Of a DNA stretch of 64,000 nucleotides, positions 54,003 through 64,000 are shown piece after piece; position 1 is the stretch's first letter; every line of letters begins with the position of its first letter. The position numbers were made by a program, and so were the translations under genes. This DNA is from Octopus vulgaris (taxonomy: Eukaryota), in NCBI GenBank assembly GCA_951406725.2, contig OX597843.1:20212001-20276000 (forward strand), written 5' to 3'. The notes below the pieces were generated by a model, which saw only the letters and a program-made list of their open reading frames with translations, was not told the DNA's origin and searched no databases.

Positions 54003-54005
<3 letters not shown>
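53797..54005. repeat. Near-perfect palindrome of two hammerhead-like repeats
   Basis: Arms 53815-53897 and 53905-53987 surround a CTATTTT loop with one mismatch. Each arm reads AGATAA-CCGAAGA-..-GAAA-CTC a GAG-TT-TTATCT. Confidence 0.88.
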
Positions 54006-54073
<68 letters not shown>

Positions 54074-55032
54074 GGTATGTATGTATGCATATATGAGGAG
54101 GCAAAACTATATAAAAATTTGTTGTTCACGATGCACCGAAATTTGGATTTTTTTAAAATAACCTTACTTGAATTGTTTTTAAATAACCTTATTTACATAC
54201 ATACCAAACTAGTTTCAACAATACTTTTATCAATGGTAAAAATTTAAAATATTGAACTAGAAAAACATGTTTCAATGTTTACAAGTTTCAGTAATATGAA
54301 ATATGATTGAAATATTCATAACATTCAATACTATAAAAGATGTGGAACGTCTTGTTTAAAAGCATAAAATTCAAAAGATCGATAAGAAATGTGTATCATC
54401 AGAGTTTCGGCCATACAGGGTAAAGAAGGAGAAAAACAAGGGAGAAATTGATATAGTAGAAAAAGGGAAATCTTTGAGCACAGTCTCTGTGAATCATTTT
54501 CCGTCGTGTGCAAGGACTTTTGCTTGTATCGGCGTTTTTTGGAATTGGATGTGTTTACAATTTTTTTCCGTGAACCGATCTGATATTTGCTTCATTAAAT
54601 TACAGGTAACGTCTAATTTTTCTGGTGGACAAGGTTGTGGTTCTGCCTGATTGACTTCCCTGTGGGGGACGGGCATAAGACATTCCAGTTGGTTGACTCT
54701 CTTAAAGCGTCACTTTGTTGTCTTTGCTCAAGTTCGGTTCTGATCAGAAGTAAAATTTCAATGATTTATGTGACATCAGCAACTGGTGTTTATATGGTGT
54801 TATTGTATGGCGATTTGGATCTGCTATTTCGAAACCCGCGTTGAAGACTGGTACTAAAGATTTTTGATTTATGTCTGTTGCATCTCGGTTTTTTATTGTG
54901 GAAACTTTGTTTCTTTTTCCTTTTTCTCTTTAGTGTTTAAACAGAGGTGAATAAGCGAGAATGAATTAAACGATATTCTTTATTCTATAACACTACCATT
55001 GTATATTGTTCAGATGATATAATTAATATATA

Positions 55033-55349
55033 GCGCATGGCTAAGTGGTTATAACGTGGAGCTTACAATCGTGAGGTTGTGTTTTCGAATCACGGACCGG
55101 GCTGCGTGTTGTGTTCTTCGGCAAGACACTTTATTTCGCGTTACTCCAGTTCAATCAGCTGTAGAAATGAGTTGCGACGTCACTGGTTCCAAGTTGTATC
55201 AGCCCTTTGCCTTTCCCTTAGATAGAGAGGGGAGGCCGGTATGCATGGGTGACTGCTGATCTTCCATAAACAACCTTGCCCGGACTTGTGCCTGGGAGGG
55301 TAACTTTCTAGGTGCAATCCCACGGTCAGTCATGACCGACGGGGGTCTC
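55033..55349 (+). mobile_element. tRNA-derived SINE family 2
   Basis: A-box-like TGGCTAAGTGGT and B-box-like TTCGAATC. It is the paralogue of 28290-28607. Confidence 0.85.
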
Positions 55350-55848
55350 AGCTCAATCATACCGTCTATCGTAGGTGTAAAATATGCTTTTAGGTGAGTA
55401 TTTCAATAAGTTCTACGTTAGATCATACTATCATTTCACAGACACATGTTCCACCTTTGATGAATGGCAGTGATCACACAAGATATTCACCATATCATCT
55501 TATCAATGGACTACGGGTGTGATGTATAGACACAATTGCAGGGATATGGAATAAAGAATGTCGTTGAAACCATGCTCTTATTCCTCATCAGCTTTGTATA
55601 TATGTATGTATGTATGTCTGTATGTATGTATGTATGTACGTATGTATGTATGTATGTATTTATGTATGTATGTATGTATGTATGTATGTATGTATGTATG
55701 TACGTATGTATGTATGTATGTACGTATGTATGTATGTATGTATACCGGAGTAAACACATAAATGTGAAACAAGGTGGAAAAAAGAGTACTCAAATACCAG
55801 TGGTAGAGTAATATGCTTTATTTTAAGCAGCAGAAAATTCAACAAAAT

Positions 55849-55886
55849 CTGTTACACTGAGTTTCTCGTTGCCGTTCATCAGACAG
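55849..55886 (-). ncRNA. Minimal type I hammerhead motif inside an insertion of about 360 bp in (TATG)n
   Basis: Minus strand: CTGT-CTGATGA-aCG gcaa CGa-GAAA-C tcagt G-TA-ACAG. The core is canonical, but the first stem II pair is mismatched. Confidence 0.7.
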
Positions 55887-56397
55887 TTTTTGCTAGAATG
55901 GAACTGATATATCAATTCAATCTATACTCTTACAAACGCTACACCTTTAAAAAGAAATGGACTTGTTTGATTGGCCCTTTAGAAAAAACGGTCAATCTTC
56001 GAGCGATAAACAAAAAGGTCAAAAATATATGTATATATATATATAAAAAGTTATAAAAATTATAAAATCCGAGGAAAAAACCTTACATTGAATAAAATAC
56101 ATATTGTATGTATGTATATACCATTCTTTCCTCTTTTATTTGTTTCAGTAAGTCCACTGCTTTGCAACAGGAGAATCACCTTGAAGTATGTAACTCGAAC
56201 GAATCGAGCCCACTAACTATTCTTTTAAACCCGGTACTTACCCTGTCGGCCGCTTATGTGAAATTGCTAACTGACGTGGAATTAAACGCACTAACATAGG
56301 TTGGGAAGAAGTAGTGAGTACAAACATAGAGACTAAGTCACACACATACACTCGCACACATATGTATATTATATAAGTATATATATATATATATGAA

Positions 56398-56840
56398 AGA
56401 GTTAGGACTCTACTCCATGGAGGGAAAAGCGGAGAGGTATGTAGTGATATGTGTGAAAGTTACTAGGGAATCTGGTATCAAACTTTGGAATTCAGAATTA
56501 TACCAGACCTCGAATTGGACGTCACTGCACGGTTCCAAATGTCCCGGCTCTCTCATTTAATATTAGAAGAATGTACTGCAATAGTTTGAGGTTCAAGTGC
56601 TCACCGATTTTTCACGCCTTGCCAACACATCTGAGGAGTGGGTGTAGATGTTACAACATACAACTTGACCTCTTGCTATCCAAGTGAACCAATATCAGGG
56701 CAGGAAACTCAAAAGACTGCAGCGGTAGTGAACTCCGGCCAATCTCATAAACTCGGCCAGTCATTCGAAAATTATTTACATTGGTGGGGCCCCAGCATCG
56801 AAACAGCCTCAGGGTTAAAACATATAAAAGAATAAAAGAA
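56398..56840 (+). mobile_element. CR1-group LINE 3' fragment with 3'UTR and (AAAGAAT)-like tail
   Basis: A longer paralogue of 29340-29640. Confidence 0.6.
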
Positions 56841-56854
56841 TATATGTATATATA

Positions 56855-57550
56855 TATATGAATGAAGGTTTGAAAATGCAATTTTAAAAGATGTTTATTT
56901 ACTTGACCGGTTTCACTTTTTTACAAAAAGATTGTCAAAAGTAACATGTAAAAGCTTTGTTGTGTTAGGTACTGATTGTCTACAATACATATACACATTC
57001 ATTGATCATAATATGAACATTTAGGTAGTATATAAATGTACAATGAGGGAGATATGTTTAGTTTGAACTGACCTGATTCACCATATTATTGTAAAAGATT
57101 TTACGGTAATATGGTGAATCAGATCAGTTCAAACTAAACATATTTCCCTTTTTGTACATTTACATACTTCCAAAATGTAACCTTTTTTAACTTATAATTT
57201 TCTGTGTGTATATATACAGATACAATACCAATTTTCCTGTGAACTTTTAAATAATTCTTTCTGTAACCTGTTCTTAACATTCTCTTTTTATTATCAAAGA
57301 ATATATATATATGTATTGTAATCTTTTATACCCAATATTTTAATGAACTTGTCAAATTTCTTTTATATTTTCACAAGATTTTCCCTTATTATCAATGAAT
57401 GTATATACGTATTGTAATATTTTGTGACAACCATTACCTAACACAACAACGATTCTACATGTTGCTTTTGACAATTCTTTTTAAATAAGTGAAACCGGTC
57501 AAGTAAATAAACATGTTTTAACATTGCATTTTCAAACCTTCTTTCATATA
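56855..57550. repeat. Fold-back element of about 700 bp with a hammerhead-like motif in each outer arm
   Basis: The inner palindrome is centred at about 57097 and the outer arms are about 56855-57010 and 57385-57550. The motif is T(A/G)CTT-TTGACAA-..-GAAA-CCGG-TC-AAGTA. Confidence 0.85.
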
Positions 57551-57589
57551 TAATTCCACTCGTGCGGTACCTTACAACTCGAAACATTA

Positions 57590-58085
57590 CGTACGACAGT
57601 GGTTCTTACGTAATGTTTCGAGTGTATGGGCGCACGAATAAATCACAGCTTAATCCAGAGCATGTTCATCATTTTTTCCGACATCTTCGTTATTCTGCAT
57701 TGGGAGCTTTTTCAGGAAGGACGTTTGGGGAAAATGACCTAATCTGGATTCGCGAAATATTGAATTTTTCACGACAAAAATGCACCTATCACCTCACTCG
57801 TGAGTTTCTTGCCAAAAACAACATGCAATTGCTTCCGCACCTGCCCTATTTGCCAGATTTACCTCCTGCTGAGTAGCATCCGTTTCTCAAGATGAAAACT
57901 CAGCTCAGAGGTCGAGATCAAGAGCAAACTTAACATCATTGTCGAAATCAAGAGGTCCTCGACTCGCCTATGGAAAACTACGTCCAGGCCGGATTTCAAA
58001 AGTGTCAGAAAATCTGGGGCAGTTGTATTTTTGCTCAGGTAACATAAGTTACTTTTATTAAACATAGCTCGTTCAGAAAATTTAT
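57590..58085 (+). mobile_element. Mariner relic related to 44592-45444
   Basis: REFLAKNNMQLLPHLPYLPDLPPA, with nucleotide similarity to 45115-45420. Confidence 0.75.
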
Positions 58086-58493
58086 ATATACGACGGGTTT
58101 TCTTCAGTTACCGTGTACCCAATTAATTGACATACACGGGTTTGTTCGGTTGGAAAGAAGAGTACACGGAGAAGGACTGAATACAGAAGCAAAATTCTTA
58201 TCACACAACCATGCCAACGCCTAAGAATATGCACACAGAAACACACACACACACACACATACACAATACACACACACACGTATGACGGAAATGGAAAATG
58301 GATTTTACGTGATACATTAATCACTACTGCCGTTTCAACCCGTCTTCAATCGGCCCCTCACGGATGAGATAATGGTCGACTGGCCGCGGTGCATCTTTCT
58401 TTGCAGATGTTTCTCATCAGTTGACATTTCAAAAAGTTCTCTGCTCAATAAACTCGGTTTCACTTGGTTCGATTATAATGTATTTCGTTAGTT

Positions 58494-58538
58494 AATAATA
58501 ATAATAATAATGATAATAATAATAATAACAATAATAAC

Positions 58539-58627
<89 letters not shown>

Positions 58628-58634
58628 TAATAAC

Positions 58635-58682
<48 letters not shown>

Positions 58683-58706
58683 TTTAGTACGAATAAGGTG
58701 AAGAAG

Positions 58707-58736
<30 letters not shown>
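58494..58736 (+). repeat. (AAT)n and (GAA)n microsatellites
   Basis: Directly visible. Confidence 0.97.
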
Positions 58737-58737
<1 letters not shown>

Positions 58738-59967
58738 CGGTGATGAAGAAAAAGTAATATAAGTAGGAAGAAAACAGACAAGATGGGGAAGCAAAACAAT
58801 AACAAGAAAATTTGGGAATGAGGATAGAAATGATAATAAAAATATATCAACATAAGTAAAATTATCAGACATACACACAGACACAAACGTACGAGGGACA
58901 CACCAAACGTTGTTTTATGTTGTGGACGACTGACTACACTAACATCCTTCCTAAAGAAATTGAAACGACATATGCAGCCATCACACTGCACAGTTTGACC
59001 AAATTGCCCCAGCTGTAGCTCACTGTACAAATAGAAAATGACGACTACCAACTTCAGCACGTCATGTAATTGTAGAGTTTTAAATAACTCATGTTATTGA
59101 ATCAGTATCTCAAAAGAGTGAGGATAAATATATTTCTATACTTTCTTCTCTTGAAGTGAGTATAACTCTGCATAAATATATATTTCATAATATACCCACC
59201 TATACACACAAATGCAAACATAGATATTCACGTGCAATCGTACACTCATACACAAAATGTTAGACATTAATGTAGGCACATACACACACAAACACTCATA
59301 GACACCTTCATACACAGTCTTGCATGAAAATAGTAGCAGAACATTAGTTAGAGATAGAGAGAGAAAAAGGAAGATGAGAAGACATTAAGTTCCCAGAAAA
59401 ATTTTGTAAATAAAATAATATCAAAAAACTTTAGCAACTTACATTGTCTGTAAACTTGAGAGATTTTGAAAGGATCCTTGTTGTATGGTTGTGATTTCAT
59501 TTACACCGAGATGTCTGAAAAATAAAACACAATTCAAAAGAAAGACTATTAAAGATTATTAAAAAGATTTCTTATGAAATATTAAATCCTGTATGTTTAG
59601 AATCATATTAATAAAAACCGGACGGTGAAGGAGAAAATGGCCGAAATGATGATGATGATGATGAAGAGTATTCCGATGTTGATCGTAACTGTTGTAATAA
59701 TGACTGTAAGAAGGAAAAGGGGGATAATGATGATGATTATTATCGAAAATGATAACAAACGCTACCGAATAATTGGTGATGAAGACGTTGATTATTACGA
59801 TGTTCATAACAAAGGTGATGATGATTCTGCATGCTAGAAATAGCAGAGTAAATGAGGGAAGGAAATAGTTATGATGACATGATAAATTATAACGATTAGT
59901 GAATACGAAAATATGATTAGCAGAAGGACTATGAATATGATAGCGCTGAAGATGATACTGATGATGG

Positions 59968-59999
<32 letters not shown>

Positions 60000-60416
60000 A
60001 TGATGACGACGATGATGGTGACGATGACGATCGTGACGATCGTGACGATGATGATGATGAAAGATGTGATGAAAAATCAGAAATTGATAAGATTAACGAA
60101 AAAGGTGAAGGAAAATAAATCATAGAACGTATAAATATAGAGAAGTAGAAGAAGAAGAAGCGAAAATGATTCATGAAGAGAGGAGAAAGCAGTTGATTAA
60201 AAGAAGAAGAACCAGAAAATGATGAACAAGATGAATGTAGAGAAAAATGGTGAAGAAGACGATAAATGCAGGAAAAGAAGATATATTAAGAGAAGAAAAA
60301 TAACGTGGAATAGCAGAATGGGGAAACAAGTGGGAATAAAAGAATATAAATACAAATACTGAAGTCACACATCAAACACAAACATATATGTATGTATATA
60401 TATATATATCTATATA

Positions 60417-61244
60417 TTCACAACCCGCCATCGATTCAACTCGAACGAATTCCACTGGAAAATGTGAACCATTTCTGCTACAATGGGAGCCATCTGTCAT
60501 CAAATGCAGACCTCAGCGATGAAATCCAACACCGTCTGAAGTGTGCAGGAACAGCTTTCGGCAAGCTTCAAACAAGAGATTTTGCTGATCGGGACATCCG
60601 AACCGAAACCAAACTCATGGTGTACAGGGCAGTCATTATTCCAACCCTCTTTTAAGCATCCGAAACCTGGACCCCGTATAGTCACCACCTGAAAACGCTC
60701 GAGAAATTTCACCAACGCTGTCTTCCGAAGATCCTTAACATCAACTTGGAAGACAGAAGAACTAACGACAGCGTGCTACAAGAAGCAAAAATGACCCGCA
60801 TCGAAGCCTATGTCATCAAAGGCCAACTAAGTTGGAGCGGTAACGTGGTTAGAATGACTGACGAACGACTTCCCAAACAGATCTTCTACTCCCAACTCAA
60901 AGACGGCAAGCGTACAAAAGGAGGCCAGCAGAATCGCTACAAGGACTTCCTGAAATCGAACCTCAAAAAGTGTGACATCGAATTCACTAACTGGGAGGAA
61001 AAGGCAAAAAACATCCATGAGGGAACGGCGACTTTCGAGTCGAAAATATCTGCAGAGCAGGAGCAGAAAAGACGCCGACGGAAGGAGCGCCAACAACAAC
61101 CACGTGCGACTCTCCCTTCCGGCACTAGATGTCCGCACTGCGACCGATCATTTCCAGCAAGAATTGGTCTTATCGGTCACCTACGGACTCACCAGTAAAT
61201 TTGCGCGAAGACCATCATCCTCGACCATGAGGGATTGTCATCGC

Positions 61245-61250
<6 letters not shown>
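60417..61250 (+). mobile_element. 5'-truncated RTE-clade LINE inserted in (TA)n
   Basis: Peptides ETKLMVYRAVIIPTL..SETW, RLPKQIFYSQL, GGQQNRYKD and C-terminal [21 protein letters not shown]. It is absent at the equivalent site of copy B (about 31380). Confidence 0.9.
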
Positions 61251-61309
<59 letters not shown>

Positions 61310-61312
61310 TAT

Positions 61313-61375
<63 letters not shown>

Positions 61376-61395
61376 TAGATATATATATATACACA

Positions 61396-61918
61396 CGTTT
61401 ATGTATTGGTTTTGCAAGAATTTTGATGTGAAATCGTTTGTTAAAACAGATATTGTTGTATTTAGGAATGGTCATTTTGCCAGTTTAACCAATAAGAACA
61501 CGTGCACTATATATTTGGTGTTACTTTGCTTCAGCGTTATTTCTCTTTTAAATTAATCTTAATCTTATTTCGGCCAGAGTTCTTTCGTCACACTCCTGTG
61601 ACCTCATCAGTGGTCCTTTGCTTTTTTCTTTCATATTTGTGTGTCTCTCCTTACTAACAGTCAGCAATTTCGTATTTTGTATTTCTATTGTATGTGTCTC
61701 ATTTGCGCATTGGTATACCTATATATGGGTCTATGTGTGTGTGTGGGGAAGTGCCTCTAATATTTGTATCTCCTGTTTATATATGTTCGAAAGAACTGTG
61801 GCCGAAATAACATTAAGCTTAATGTAAAAATTAAATAACACTGAAGCAAAGTAACACCAAATATATAGTGCGTGTGATTTATTGGCAAAACTGGCAAAAT
61901 GACCATTCCTAAATAAAA
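61396..61918. mobile_element. PLE pseudo-LTR fold-back, paralogue of 31436-31968
   Basis: About 61460-61590 is inverted to about 61787-61915. The minus strand at 61572-61617 reads GGACCA-CTGATGA-G-GTCAC aggagt GTGAC-GAAAG aa CTC-TGGCC. Confidence 0.8.
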
Positions 61919-61925
61919 GAATATA

Positions 61926-61996
<71 letters not shown>

Positions 61997-62373
61997 ATAC
62001 ATACATCCACCTATATATACCTTATCAAACCCTGATCTATGAACGCACACACTCACTTCCAGCCCTCACATATATTCCCACTTTCTTACACACAGGCAAA
62101 CACAAATTGGAAGACAATATGAATTGTAGAAGAATGAGGGTAAATAAAGAAGATAAGAGAGACATTTAGTTTGTGGAAGTGACATTGGATGACATATCGT
62201 GATCTTATTATGAAGAAGATGACTAACATAAGATAAAGTTGATGATGCAGAATAAGCCGAAGAAGAAAACAACGATGAAGCAGCAGCAGCAGCAGTAGTA
62301 GTGGTAGTGCTAGTAGTAGTAGTAGTAGGAGGAGGAGGAGGAGGAGGAGACGAATAAGAATAAGAAGAAGAAT

Positions 62374-62405
<32 letters not shown>

Positions 62406-63429
62406 AATGATGATTAGCAACAACAATAGCAACAACATTAATACAACAATAAGAGAAGTGGCAGAAAATGTCGGAGCTGAAGAAAAGAATGATGTAAAAA
62501 ATAAGGAGGAAACGAAGGAGTCTGTCATGAAGAAAACTTAAATATAATATTTCTGATCTGATAATAATTCTGCTTGTCATTATGTTAATTAGTCCGTCGG
62601 TAACGCTTTCTCGTGATTAGAGAAAAAGAGGGAAAGAGAAATGTCCATGGCCTAAGGTAGAAGGAACGTGACTGTAATGCTTTTAAGTGATTAGTTGAAT
62701 GGAATGAGAGACCGAGAGAAAGAAAAAGGAATGAGAAAACGAAAGTAAGTGGAAGAGTGGGGCAGAAAGAGAGGGAGAGGGAGAAAAGGGGAGAGAGAAA
62801 AAAGCGAGGGAGAAAAAGAGGAAGAGGACATGTGGTAGGGGGAACGTAATATTTATTACGTGATGAAAAAGTTAGTTGAAGGTCGTGATATTGAGGAGGG
62901 TTACGAATACAATTTTAGCAGAGCGGTGATGTTCTGATGGTGAGATTAAAATAAGGCAGATAGGTAGATAAAGAGATAGGTATATAAACTGAGAAAATGA
63001 GAGAAAGGGGGAGTGAGAGACGGTGGTAGTGGTGGTAGTGGTTGTGGTGGAAATGGTGATGATGAGTGCATAATGCAAAGTAACTTATGAATTGAACTAA
63101 GTATTTTATATCCCCTATCACTTAACACATGCTCATAAATATTCACACTTATTTACAGTGTCATATGTACGCCACACATATATATATATATATTACAATT
63201 AAGAAATGTATACATTATAATTAAAATATATATATTTCAATTAAAATGGAGGTGGACACAGTAAATTCCATCTCTACAAGATCCCGGTTTATGTTGTTAC
63301 TGCTTCTCATACATTCTGCCGTTGGTTGTGCTTCTGCTACGGCGAGATAGAAATTCGCAGTTTACGGCTATTTGGTCCTCGTTCCAATGCTGTGCTTATG
63401 AAATAATCAAATTACAAAACTTGACTGAA

Positions 63430-64000
63430 CAATGGATAAAGGAGATTAGAAGCTACTCGCGAGAGGGTTAGGCACTACAGGCAGCGGATAAGAGAAGAAC
63501 AGCGGTAAGAATCCAGAGAAAGGGACAAATGGTACCAACAGATGAGACGATCTGCAATAGAGGAAGAGCAACGCAAGGCACAATTGTAGTGAGTGAGAAT
63601 GCGAGACCAAGGTAGAAGACAGGATGAGGAAGAACAAACACAGTACAAGGAACAACAAAGATTGATATTTCTGCGGAGAATGGAAATCATGAATGATATG
63701 CAGTGTGCGCAGTATCAGGACCAACAGAAAAGCGTAATGTAACAGAGAAGGGAGAATATGGATGATTTGGAAAGGGCTGCTTGTCTCCAAGGTCAAACAG
63801 AGAGACATCAAGATGGAGTTGCAAGTATGAATGCTGAACAGGCGTTACGTTTGCGAGATGAACAGGTGCAACGAAAGCGTGAAGGAAGAAATGGACTACC
63901 ACTGAACAAACACAATAATCCTAAACGAACCTATCGTATTGGTGATATTTACTTATATTGCGAGTATTGTGGAGCACTGAACTTTAAATATGAATACTTC
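63430..64000 (+). mobile_element. Helitron copy C, N-terminal coding region (continues beyond the window)
   Basis: Paralogue of 33590-34165, ending in GDIYLYCEYCGALNFKYE. Confidence 0.85.

Larger units (their letters stand above)
54085..64000 (+). repeat. Composite duplicated block, copy C (runs off the window end)
   Basis: It is collinear with 27370-34165, with extra segments at 55742-56105, about 56698-58740 and 60417-61250. Confidence 0.95.

Noticed and set aside
55033-55105. tRNA-like sequence (also 28290 and the SINE family 1 heads)
   Set aside because: It has A/B boxes only and continues directly into SINE body, with no complete cloverleaf.
61120-61198. C2H2 zinc finger as a host transcription-factor exon
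   Set aside because: It is the in-frame C-terminus of the RTE LINE ORF.

Overview
This is an AT-rich, repeat-saturated eukaryotic window with no recognisable host gene. Its two tRNA-derived SINE families resemble octopus SINEs as I recall them, so a cephalopod origin is inferred but not verified. Almost every base is a transposon relic or microsatellite. The relics include a near-full-length Tx1/L1 LINE, a full-length RTE LINE with a target-site duplication (TSD), Hero-, R4- and CR1-like LINE fragments, a Gypsy LTR element and Tc1/mariner remnants. There are also at least five Penelope-like element (PLE) relics and three copies of a degenerate Helitron sharing a composite upstream block. The most interesting signal is RNA-level. 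At 26560-27314 lies a non-coding, highly structured 491-nt unit present 1.47 times, with a 232-bp perfect terminal repeat. It carries an intact type I hammerhead ribozyme and begins exactly at the predicted self-cleavage site, with a fold-back at its 5' junction, which is the architecture of a retrozyme-like (circular-RNA-derived) element. More than a dozen other hammerhead-like motifs occur in PLE terminal repeats and long palindromes, several with the compensatory U3-A8 core. All alignments and folds were done by eye, and element boundaries are approximate unless a junction is quoted.
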